This document shows, piece by piece, positions 29,001-37,512 of a stretch of DNA of 53,099 bases (the stretch's first letter is position 1; every line of letters starts with the position of its first letter). Where the stretch lies: contig JBAQME010000102.1 of assembly GCA_049302535.1 (NCBI GenBank), forward strand, positions 1 to 53,099, written 5' to 3'. The stretch is from Methylotenera sp. GTDB lineage: Bacteria > Pseudomonadota > Gammaproteobacteria > Burkholderiales > Methylophilaceae. The translations under genes were made by a program, and so were the position numbers. The notes under the pieces were generated by a model, which saw nothing but the letters and a program-made list of their open reading frames with translations, searched no databases and had not been told where the DNA came from.

Positions 29001-29013
29001 TAAGTTATTGATA
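29001..29013 (-). promoter_or_regulatory. IHF-binding site
   Basis: Reverse complement TATCAATAACTTA fully matches WATCAANNNNTTR; lies just upstream of the sigma54 promoter. Confidence 0.55.
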
Positions 29014-29030
29014 ATAATAATATTTATTTC

Positions 29031-29047
29031 TTGGCATTCATTTTGCG
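29031..29047 (+). promoter_or_regulatory. Sigma54 -24/-12 promoter of the epsA-like gene
   Basis: TTGGCATTCATTTTGCG matches TGGCAY-N5-TTGC with exact GG-to-GC spacing. Confidence 0.7.
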
Positions 29048-29095
29048 TTAGCTGAGTTATGGGCAATGTTGCTCATAGATCGGTGCGCAATAATT

Positions 29096-29866
29096 ATGGA
29101 TACAGAAGTTAAAAATTATTACTGGGAAAACGTGTTTTCAGCTATTCAGCGTTCTTACAAAATAGATAAACATATCGATTTTTTTATTTGGCTGCAAAAC
29201 TCCGTCTCAGAGTTTATTCCTCATGATATGCTCCTTGCTGTCTGGGGTAATTTTAATGACGATAGTACTGATCGTAAGCTTTATTATGATGTTGCTTCCA
29301 ATGTAGATGGCATTAGTACTCGCGCCATGATGGGCGCATCTGCAGAAGTAAATCATTGTATGACATATTTATACGAGCTATGGTTAACCAATAATCGCCA
29401 CTGGTACACGCTTAATCACTTTGATACGACCGAATTTGATTGTAAATTCAAGATGATATTCCCGGATTTACCTCATGAACTTAATTCTTTGTTAGTGTAT
29501 GGCGTCAGTGATTTACGCGGTGGCAATGAATGCTTATATGTGTTTTTTAGCAAACAACAAGTGTTGGAAATCAAGAATTCAGTAATGGGTATACTTATGC
29601 CACATATTGATCATGTGCTGAGAAGAATTCAGCATTTGAAACAATCGGAACCCTCGGATAAATCTGGCTGTGAGCCTAATATGCTATGTCTAAGCGAGCG
29701 CGAGTTGGAAGTCATTGAATGGATTAAGGTCGGTAAAACCAATCAGGAAATAGGCATGATCCTGAATATCAGCCAAAACACGGTAAAAAGCCATCTTAAG
29801 CGGATATTCCAGAAGTTGAACGTTGGTAAGCGGGCTCAAGCCGTTGCATTGCTGGCGAATCAATAA
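29096..29866 (+). CDS. epsA: LuxR-family regulator, EpsA type (exopolysaccharide/PEP-CTERM associated)
   Basis: F.WLQ..V..FIPHD.L.A.WGNF N-domain, S.LV.GV.D.R, MPHID..LRRI, and C-terminal HTH LSERE.EV.EW...GKTN.EIG.IL.IS.NTVK.HL. Confidence 0.75.
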   Translation: MDTEVKNYYWENVFSAIQRSYKIDKHIDFFIWLQNSVSEFIPHDMLLAVWGNFNDDSTDRKLYYDVASNVDGISTRAMMGASAEVNHCMTYLYELWLTNNRHWYTLNHFDTTEFDCKFKMIFPDLPHELNSLLVYGVSDLRGGNECLYVFFSKQQVLEIKNSVMGILMPHIDHVLRRIQHLKQSEPSDKSGCEPNMLCLSERELEVIEWIKVGKTNQEIGMILNISQNTVKSHLKRIFQKLNVGKRAQAVALLANQ

Positions 29867-30051
29867 TACTTGGCTATATGTAAATCTAATTAAATCATGG
29901 CAAAAGCTGGTCTCAATGTGTTTGCCAGCTGTAGCCCTCTCGTTTTCATAAGCATTTCTATAGTACAATGGGCCCGTCGTGCGGAATGCCATTAACTTGC
30001 AGCTAAAGAGTATTTAATAGCTGCTTGAAATTATAGACAAATTTTAATTTT

Positions 30052-30136
30052 TGGTGCCCGGAAGAGGACTCGAACCTCCACATCTTTCGATACTAGTACC
30101 TGAAACTAGCGCGTCTACCAATTCCGCCATCTGGGC
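30052..30136 (-). tRNA. tRNA-Leu (anticodon CAG)
   Basis: 85 nt, GCCCAGATGGCGGAATTGGTAGACGCG-CTAGT-TTCAGGT-ACTAG, long variable arm, GGAGG-TTCGAGT-CCTCT T arm, encoded 3' ACCA. Confidence 0.95.
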
Positions 30137-30209
30137 ATTTTCTTTCGCTATATGATATTTTCATCATTTTGCGTAACGAAGGCGTTGAATTTTATATTAA
30201 AGGTAATCT

Positions 30210-32663
30210 TTGTCAATGACAAAACACAAAAATAAAAGCAAAAGAAGTAATGATCCGCATGCGGCACGTGAAGCAAGCCGCTACGAGACGCCATTGCCAA
30301 GCCGTGAACTGGTATTGGAAACCATGGCTGAACAGGGAGTTCCACTGAGTGTGGAACAACTGTATATATTGCTTGATATCAGTGACAAGGAGCGTGAAGT
30401 TTTTAATAAGCGCCTTAACGCCATGGAGCGTGAAGGCCAAATCATGCAAAACAGAAAAGGCGCTTTGTGTATTGCCGATAAGCTTGATTTGATTTCCGGC
30501 ACAGTGCAAGGCCATCCTGATGGTTTTGGTTTTCTGATTACTGATGATAAAACCAAGTGTAATGGCGAGGATATATTTTTAAGTCCGAAAGAGATGTCGC
30601 AAGTAATGCATGGTGACCGCGCCATGGTGCGGTTAAGTGGCTTGGACAGGAGAGGGCGCCCGGAAGGTAAGATCGTGGAGGTGCTGGAGCGCCGTACACA
30701 AAAACTCGTTGGCCGAGTGATGCGTGCCAGCGGAGTCACTATCGTTGCGGCTGAAGATAAACGTATCAATTTGGATATATTGATTCCATACCATCTGGAT
30801 ATGGGGGCTAAGCCCAGCCAGGTGGTTATGGTGGAGATAACCGAGCAGCCGTCAGCTTATGCGCAGCCGATGGGAAAAATTGTAGAGATTTTAGGCAATT
30901 ATGCAGACAGCGGCATGGAGATTGAAATTGCCTTACGTAAACACAATTTGCCATATCAGTTTAGTGCCGAAGCCGAAAGACTTGCCGAGTCATTTCCTAA
31001 ATTAGTGCAGCCAGCTGATTTTAAAGGCCGCATTGATTGCCGTGAATTACCCTTGATCACTATTGACGGTGAAACAGCGCGGGATTATGACGATGCCGTG
31101 TATGCTGAACCTCAGGGTAAGGGCTGGCGTTTAGTGGTAGCGATTGCTGATGTAAGTTTTTACGTGAAGCCTAAGGATGCTCTGGATAAAGATGCCTATG
31201 ATCGTGGCAATTCGGTTTATTTTCCGCGTCGCGTTATTCCAATGCTGCCGGAGGCTTTGTCGAATGGATTATGTTCATTAAACCCGGATGTCGAGCGGCT
31301 TTGCATGATATGCGATATGCAGGTCGATAGTGCCGGGATCGTTAAGCAGTACAAGTTTTATCCATCAGTGATGCGTTCAAAAGCACGCATGACTTACACT
31401 AACGTCTACGATATTTTACAAAATCCTGGTAGTGAATTAGCGCAGGAATATAGTTGGCTGAAACCGCATTTGCAGCATTTATATAGCGTGTATCAAATCT
31501 TGCTCCAGCAACGCGAAAAGCGTGGTGCCATAGAGTTTGAGTCTGCAGAAACCATCATGCTGTTCAATGAGGAAGGCAAAATTGAGCGCATTGAACCGAC
31601 TTTACGCAATGAAGCGCATAGGCTGATTGAGGAGTGCATGTTAGCCGCCAATGTGTGTGCTGCCGAATTCTTGAAAAAACATGAGCATCCGGCTTTGTAC
31701 CGTATTCATGAGGGCCCAACCCCTGAAAAGCTGGAACTGCTTAGAACATTTATGGGCGAGTTTGGCTTTGGTGTGGGTGGCGGTGATTCCCCACAGGCTA
31801 AAGATTACTGCAAACTACTTGACCGCATCAAAGACAGGCCTGATGCACAATTACTGCAAACGGTATTGCTGCGTTCAATGCAGCAAGCGGTGTACAGCCC
31901 GGACAATGTCGGCCATTTCGGGTTAGCGTATGAGGCTTATGCCCACTTTACCTCACCCATCCGCCGTTATCCGGATTTGTTGATTCATCGTGCCATTAAA
32001 GCGGTATTAAATGGTGATAAATACAAAGCTGGAGACTGGAATGAGTTAGGCATTCATTGTTCGATGACAGAGCGCCGCGCTGACGATGCTACGCGCGATG
32101 TGACAAACTGGCTCAAATGCTTTTTCATGCAGGATAAGATTGGTGAAGTGTTTGAAGGCACGGTTGCCGGGGTTACCAGCTTTGGTTTGTTTGTGGCTCT
32201 GGATGGTGTGTATGTGGAAGGTTTATTACACGTGACAGAGTTGGGTAATGATTATTTCCATTATGATAAAGCGCGACATGAGATGTTCGGTGAGCGTACC
32301 GGTGTGCGTTATCGATTAGGTGGTAGATTAACAGTTAAATTGGTGCGCGTTGATCTGGAAACTACAAAAATTGACTTTACTTTAGTTAATAAAAACAAAG
32401 AACTGGAAGGTGAATCTAAGGTAGATTCCAAAAAGAATGTTGCGCAAGTTAAAACAAGCGCCAGAGGTCAATCTGCTGTAAAATCCACCCCTCAATTTGA
32501 AGGCCGAAAATCTGAGGCTGCTTTTGGTGTTAAACCTAAAGAAAAGCGCTCTGGCCGTTCTGAGGCTAGGGCTGCTACTTCGCCAAAATCCAAGCCAGAG
32601 AATAAAACAATTAAAACTAAAAAAGTGGCAAAAAAAACCACTAAACGTAAGGTAAAAAAATGA
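30210..32663 (+). CDS. rnr: Ribonuclease R
   Basis: [49 protein letters not shown]1 domain and Lys-rich tail; upstream of rlmB. Confidence 0.96.
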   Translation: MSMTKHKNKSKRSNDPHAAREASRYETPLPSRELVLETMAEQGVPLSVEQLYILLDISDKEREVFNKRLNAMEREGQIMQNRKGALCIADKLDLISGTVQGHPDGFGFLITDDKTKCNGEDIFLSPKEMSQVMHGDRAMVRLSGLDRRGRPEGKIVEVLERRTQKLVGRVMRASGVTIVAAEDKRINLDILIPYHLDMGAKPSQVVMVEITEQPSAYAQPMGKIVEILGNYADSGMEIEIALRKHNLPYQFSAEAERLAESFPKLVQPADFKGRIDCRELPLITIDGETARDYDDAVYAEPQGKGWRLVVAIADVSFYVKPKDALDKDAYDRGNSVYFPRRVIPMLPEALSNGLCSLNPDVERLCMICDMQVDSAGIVKQYKFYPSVMRSKARMTYTNVYDILQNPGSELAQEYSWLKPHLQHLYSVYQILLQQREKRGAIEFESAETIMLFNEEGKIERIEPTLRNEAHRLIEECMLAANVCAAEFLKKHEHPALYRIHEGPTPEKLELLRTFMGEFGFGVGGGDSPQAKDYCKLLDRIKDRPDAQLLQTVLLRSMQQAVYSPDNVGHFGLAYEAYAHFTSPIRRYPDLLIHRAIKAVLNGDKYKAGDWNELGIHCSMTERRADDATRDVTNWLKCFFMQDKIGEVFEGTVAGVTSFGLFVALDGVYVEGLLHVTELGNDYFHYDKARHEMFGERTGVRYRLGGRLTVKLVRVDLETTKIDFTLVNKNKELEGESKVDSKKNVAQVKTSARGQSAVKSTPQFEGRKSEAAFGVKPKEKRSGRSEARAATSPKSKPENKTIKTKKVAKKTTKRKVKK

Positions 32664-33409
32664 GTGATGCCCGTATTTTATTTGGCTTCCATGCAGTATT
32701 AAGTCGTTTGCGCCAGCACAGCGCAAGTGTGCAAGAGATTTTAATCGATCGTGACCGTGTTGATGCACGTATGAAAGATTTGCTTAACATGGCTGAAGCA
32801 GCAGGCGTGCGCACCATGCAGGTTGAACGCTCACGGCTGGATGGTATGGCGGGTATGAATGGCCGCCATCAAGGGGTTATCGCACGCGTGGTAGATACAC
32901 CGATTCCCTATAAGGATATCCATGATATTTTGGAATCCGACCTCAAAGAACCGCCGTTTTTCCTGATTCTGGATGGTGTGGAAGATCCGCATAATTTGGG
33001 CGCATGTCTGCGTGTGGCAGATGCGATGGGAGTGCATGCGGTGATTGCACCTAAAGACAGGGCGGTAGGGCTAAATGCTACCGTGCGCAAAGTGGCGTGC
33101 GGTGCCGCTGAAACCGTACCATTTATTGCAGTGACTAATCTGGCAAGAACGATACGCGAGCTAAAAGAAGCAGGGGTTTACGTGGTCGGTACCACCATGG
33201 ACTCGCCTAGTACTTTACTTAATACCAAGCTGGATGGGCCAATTGCGATTGTATTGGGTGCAGAGGGTGACGGCATGCGTCGTTTAACAGCAGAGACTTG
33301 TGATGCGCTTATCACTATCCCGATGTATGGTTCAGTTGAAAGTTTGAACGTGAGTGTTGCCAGCGGTATCTGTTTATACGAGGTGCGCCGTCAACGCGGA
33401 CTATTGTAG
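32660..33409 (+). CDS. rlmB: 23S rRNA (guanosine2251-2'-O)-methyltransferase
   Basis: [30 protein letters not shown] and ESLNVSVA (SPOUT) motifs; canonical rnr-rlmB pair. Confidence 0.95.
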   Translation: MSDARILFGFHAVLSRLRQHSASVQEILIDRDRVDARMKDLLNMAEAAGVRTMQVERSRLDGMAGMNGRHQGVIARVVDTPIPYKDIHDILESDLKEPPFFLILDGVEDPHNLGACLRVADAMGVHAVIAPKDRAVGLNATVRKVACGAAETVPFIAVTNLARTIRELKEAGVYVVGTTMDSPSTLLNTKLDGPIAIVLGAEGDGMRRLTAETCDALITIPMYGSVESLNVSVASGICLYEVRRQRGLL

Positions 33410-33424
33410 GGAATTGCTTTTTTA

Positions 33425-33455
33425 CAGGAGAGCTTTCAATATGAAAGCTCTCCTG
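33425..33455. terminator. 14-bp hairpin between convergent rlmB and mqo (candidate bidirectional terminator)
   Basis: CAGGAGAGCTTTCA-ATA-TGAAAGCTCTCCTG is a perfect inverted repeat; no U-tract directly follows it on either strand. Confidence 0.6.
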
Positions 33456-33477
33456 AATGAGAGTAAAACATTTTCAG

Positions 33478-34977
33478 CTAAATATCGTTTGGTTTCTGCA
33501 ATAACTGCAATGTCTTCAGTGTTCTTCCACGTACTTGTTTTAACAGGCTTGCATTGTCAATTAGCGACTCTCCGTAACTAGGCACCAGGATTTTCAACTT
33601 CTGCAGCCATGCTTCATTTTTAAGTTGCGATTTAAAACAGCGTTCAATCACGTTAATCATGGTTTGCACGGAAACAGATGCACCCGGCGACGCGCCGAGC
33701 AAGGCGGCAATGGTGCCGTCTTGTGAGGTTACGATTTCGGTGCCAAACTCAAGCTTACCGCCTTTGGTGTCACATTTTTTAATGATTTGAACACGTTTAC
33801 CCGCATTTTCTATATGCCAGTCAGCCTCTGTCGCCTGTGGATAGAATTGACGCAGGGTGGCCACACGCGACTTGTGCGACTGCAATGCTTCACCAATCAG
33901 GTAACGTGTTAAATCAATATTATGGCGGGCAGCGCCTAGCATGGAATTCAGGTTATTAGCCGTAATCGAATTGAACAAATCCAAATACGAACCTTGTTTC
34001 AAAAATTTGGTGGTGAAGCCGGCGTAAGGTCCAAACAGCAGGGCAGGTTTTCCATTGATGATGCGTGTATCCAAGTGTGGTACGGACATTGGTGGGGCGC
34101 CCAAAGCGGCTTTGCCGTATACCTTACTTCGATGCTGCTGAACAATTTCTGGTTTGTTGCAGACCAGCCATTTGCCACTGACGGGGAACCCCCCATAGCC
34201 GCGCCCCTCGGGGATGCCTGATTTTTGTAATAATTTCAGTGCGCCACCGCCAGCGCCGAGAAATACAAAACCTGCGTCAATCGTCGATGCCTCCTTACCA
34301 CTTTTACTTTTCAGGCCAACCTGCCAACGTCCATTGGTTGACTGTTTCAGGCTTGTTACCTCAGCGCTAAGCCTGAGGTTGAAATTGTTTTTAGTTTCCA
34401 ATGTTTTGATCAAGTTACGTGTCAGGGCGCCAAAATCGACATCGCTGCCATAGCCTACCCTTGTAGCAGCAACTTTTTGCCCGGCATCACGCTGCTGCAT
34501 GATCAGTGGCATCCATTTTTTAAGGGTTGCCGCATCGTCGCTGAATTCCATACCCTGAAATAAATGATGGGCTTTGAGCATGCTGTAACGTTTGCGCAAA
34601 AATGTCACGTCAGCATCACCCCAGACAAAACTTAGATGCGGGATAGCATTAATAAAATTTTGGGGGCTTGGTAATATGCTGTTTTCGACCAGATAAGACC
34701 AGAATTGCAAAGAAACTTCAAATGAGGCATTAATAGCCAAAGCGCGACTAATATCCACCTGACCGGCAGTATCAACCGGTGTGTAGTTCAGTTCACAGTA
34801 TCCAGCATGACCTGTGCCGGCATTGTTCCAGGCTGCGGTGCTTTCCGCAGCGACATTTGGCAGGCGCTCAACCATCATAATACTTAAATTACTATCTAAC
34901 TCCGATAGCAATGTGGCTAAAGTGGCGCTCATCACACCACTGCCAACTAACAGCACATCTACTTTTTTTTCATTCAT
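33478..34977 (-). CDS. mqo: Malate:quinone oxidoreductase
   Basis: DVLLVGSGVMSATL, WNNAGTGHAG.CELNY, F.GAGG, GAPPMSVPHLDTR, AG.RVQIIK and LLGASPGAS motifs. Confidence 0.95.
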   Translation of the reverse strand: MNEKKVDVLLVGSGVMSATLATLLSELDSNLSIMMVERLPNVAAESTAAWNNAGTGHAGYCELNYTPVDTAGQVDISRALAINASFEVSLQFWSYLVENSILPSPQNFINAIPHLSFVWGDADVTFLRKRYSMLKAHHLFQGMEFSDDAATLKKWMPLIMQQRDAGQKVAATRVGYGSDVDFGALTRNLIKTLETKNNFNLRLSAEVTSLKQSTNGRWQVGLKSKSGKEASTIDAGFVFLGAGGGALKLLQKSGIPEGRGYGGFPVSGKWLVCNKPEIVQQHRSKVYGKAALGAPPMSVPHLDTRIINGKPALLFGPYAGFTTKFLKQGSYLDLFNSITANNLNSMLGAARHNIDLTRYLIGEALQSHKSRVATLRQFYPQATEADWHIENAGKRVQIIKKCDTKGGKLEFGTEIVTSQDGTIAALLGASPGASVSVQTMINVIERCFKSQLKNEAWLQKLKILVPSYGESLIDNASLLKQVRGRTLKTLQLLQKPNDI

Positions 34978-35000
34978 ATCGTTATGGTTTGTTGACCGGG

Positions 35001-36650
35001 TTATTGGTTTGATTTTGTTGGTACAGTGGGAGCGGGTAATGCATCAATATCTTTCTCGATAGCTTTACCTGTTGAACTGAGTGCTTCAGGCTTATGTGCA
35101 TTATGAAAGATGTGACAGGACATACAATTGCTGGCAATTCGTTTGTGCTTGGTTTTATTGCCGGAATGGCATTGTAAACAGGATTGCCGATCCGGTATTG
35201 CTACATCCGCACTGGATTCCGAGTTTTCTACCTGGTGGCAACTTTTACATTGTTGCGAACGATGCGCACCATGATTAAATTGCGCTTTGCTAAACCAATC
35301 CTGGTTAATGTTTAACGGCACGATATGCCAGGGCAATGCGTCACCTTGTTTACCTTCAGTAATTTCATGGCAATAGGCGCAACCATTATTCTTTAAGCTA
35401 TCCGAGTAACTTGAAAACTGTTTGGGTGCATTAAGTTTTAACGTATTGAATACACTTTGCTCTTCGCCATGAGGCAAGGTTAACCTGAGTTCTTTAGGGC
35501 CGACTTCCAGTTGTTTGGCATGACAGGTAATGCAGTTGCTTTTGAAAGATAGCGGTTTAAAACGCATTTCCTTGCCTTCAGGCACGTGGCAACTGGTGCA
35601 TGACAACTCACGTACATCCCATATGCCGTTAGGCCCCTGCACCTTGCCAATATGTTGCGTGTGTGGGAATTTAAGCCCTGACTTTTCAACTACGCGTGTT
35701 TTATCTGATTGCGAAATACGTTCTATATCTTTTGGATTTGAACCCGTTTTGATAGTGAGTTTAAAGTCCGGATGGTCAAGATCAAAATCATGAATATCAG
35801 GCAGCTTTGTTTTAGGGTCGGCTGCCTTGATATTGCCATGGCATTTTACACACATGCCGTTATCTTGTTGTGCCAAAGGGTGGGGTGCTTTATGCTCTTG
35901 ATGACATTCCGCACAGCGCATTGGGCCGGTAAATGGATGTGCCGTTCTAAAAGCACGTTGCTGTGAAGCAGGATTGGTAATATGCGGTGCAGTGTCATGG
36001 TGACAGTTCAAGCAAGCTTTATTTGAAACTCTACGAAGCGGCTCTTGGTGGCAATTAAAACATTGCGAGCCAAAATGCATATGTGAGGTAGATATACGTC
36101 CGGGACTCCATACGCGATCAAAGCCAAACGGAAACTCTGCCATGGATCTATGTAATTGAGGTATCAGGTTTTGCGTCAACGGCAATACTATAAAAATCAG
36201 CGCAATTAGCGCTGCCAAGAATATTGACAGGCGCCGTTTAAAAATTGAAGCGCCCGCAAGCGGCTGGTGTGTGCGCGATTTTATATTCTGGTAATCATCC
36301 GGTAAGCGGTGTGCCAACACTAATGATATTGCCAGATTGACATCAGGCGGTGCAGGTTCCACTTTTAATTCATAAGGTCCAACCATCACTTTTGTACCAT
36401 GAGCAAGGCCAACACTTGGTATTAAAGCATCATCAACTTCAAGCTCGCCGTTTATCGATTGCAGAATAATCTGGCCGTCGTCATTGTGTTTAATGACGGC
36501 ATGATGCATCGCAATGCGCGGGTCTGGTAGATGTACATTGCATTCAGCGCCACGTCCGAGTGTTAACTCGTTTGCGGTGATAGTTCGGTAGCTTTTTACA
36601 GGCAGGCCACGCGAGTTATATGTGATTTTGATTAAAAGACAATTAATCAT
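35001..36650 (-). CDS. FHA domain + single TM + decahaem cytochrome c
   Basis: N-terminal LTLGR...V.LPD..IA.HHA...S.NG (FHA); TM RRLSIFLAALIALIFIVLP; ten CxxCH motifs (CFNCH, CLNCH, CAECH, CVKCH, CTSCH, CITCH, CAYCH, CKSCH, CLQCH, CMSCH). Confidence 0.88.
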   Translation of the reverse strand: MINCLLIKITYNSRGLPVKSYRTITANELTLGRGAECNVHLPDPRIAMHHAVIKHNDDGQIILQSINGELEVDDALIPSVGLAHGTKVMVGPYELKVEPAPPDVNLAISLVLAHRLPDDYQNIKSRTHQPLAGASIFKRRLSIFLAALIALIFIVLPLTQNLIPQLHRSMAEFPFGFDRVWSPGRISTSHMHFGSQCFNCHQEPLRRVSNKACLNCHHDTAPHITNPASQQRAFRTAHPFTGPMRCAECHQEHKAPHPLAQQDNGMCVKCHGNIKAADPKTKLPDIHDFDLDHPDFKLTIKTGSNPKDIERISQSDKTRVVEKSGLKFPHTQHIGKVQGPNGIWDVRELSCTSCHVPEGKEMRFKPLSFKSNCITCHAKQLEVGPKELRLTLPHGEEQSVFNTLKLNAPKQFSSYSDSLKNNGCAYCHEITEGKQGDALPWHIVPLNINQDWFSKAQFNHGAHRSQQCKSCHQVENSESSADVAIPDRQSCLQCHSGNKTKHKRIASNCMSCHIFHNAHKPEALSSTGKAIEKDIDALPAPTVPTKSNQ

Positions 36651-36653
36651 GAT

Positions 36654-37484
36654 TTACCAATAAGCAAATACGGCAATAATATGTGCCGTCATCGCTACCA
36701 AAAGCGCGATTGTAAAAGGGACATGCAAGTACAGCCAAATACCCAACCTTGAGCGATACATTAAATCTTGCCGGGCGCGTTTTACCAGTGATAGACGACG
36801 CACCATGATGGAGTAGAGCTCGCGGTACAGTTTGCGTTGATCAGCGGATAGGTTATTACCCATCGCGGTAAGCTCTTCTACCGCCATTGCAGAAGGGCAG
36901 TTAGGTTGATAACCCCTGAGCTGTTCCAGCAAGCTAATACCAATTGAAGTTTCACGACAAGCACGTGCAACCGTGTTGTTGATATTGTCAGGCATCAGCA
37001 GCGCGATTTGGCGTGCCAGTTTATCGGCTTCAGCCATGCGAAGTAATAGACCATCCATGCTGTCTTCGCCCATATTTTCGCTCATTTGGCGCGGGTAAAT
37101 CATGTAGGTGTAATTGCCAAAAAAACCGCTGATGACCACGACTAGCAACAAGCCATAAGCCAAGGTGTGAATGTTTAGCCCATAGTGAAACCCGCTATGC
37201 AGGGTAACCAGTGCAGTGAGTGCTGTGCCCAGGTAAATATGCGCTGAAAGCCATCCCTGTGTTGAGCCGGTGCTGCGATAGCGACGTTTACGTACACCAT
37301 ACCAAGCCATCCATAACACCATCAGCGCTGAAATTGTACCTAGTCCATAGCCTAAGATGCTACCGCCATAGTGGCCGACTGCAGGCTCAAATAACAGATA
37401 GGCGGCAAATGCGATTAAAATCACAATGACAGCAATTTTAAAATAAAGATATTTTTTGTAATCAAAAATATTACTGCGTTGCAT
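36654..37484 (-). CDS. Integral membrane protein with two H-x13-H pairs (putative di-haem b, ferric-reductase-like)
   Basis: About 5 TM helices; WLSAHIYLGTALTALVTLH and WLYLHVPFTIALLVAMTAH. Confidence 0.7.
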   Translation of the reverse strand: MQRSNIFDYKKYLYFKIAVIVILIAFAAYLLFEPAVGHYGGSILGYGLGTISALMVLWMAWYGVRKRRYRSTGSTQGWLSAHIYLGTALTALVTLHSGFHYGLNIHTLAYGLLLVVVISGFFGNYTYMIYPRQMSENMGEDSMDGLLLRMAEADKLARQIALLMPDNINNTVARACRETSIGISLLEQLRGYQPNCPSAMAVEELTAMGNNLSADQRKLYRELYSIMVRRLSLVKRARQDLMYRSRLGIWLYLHVPFTIALLVAMTAHIIAVFAYW

Positions 37485-37512
37485 CAGCTATTCTTTCCAG
37501 ATTTCATGTGGG

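Noticed and set aside
29690..29992. 100-aa minus-strand ORF downstream of the tRNA
   Set aside because: More than half overlaps the EpsA HTH antisense; no motif or clear SD.
30052..30136. tRNA-Leu as an island or prophage attachment site
   Set aside because: No integrase nearby and no duplicate of the tRNA 3' end spotted in the window.
35001..36650. MtrA/MtoA-type extracellular electron transfer decahaem
   Set aside because: Ten haems, but with an FHA+TM anchor, uneven haem spacing and no adjacent MtrB-like porin gene.
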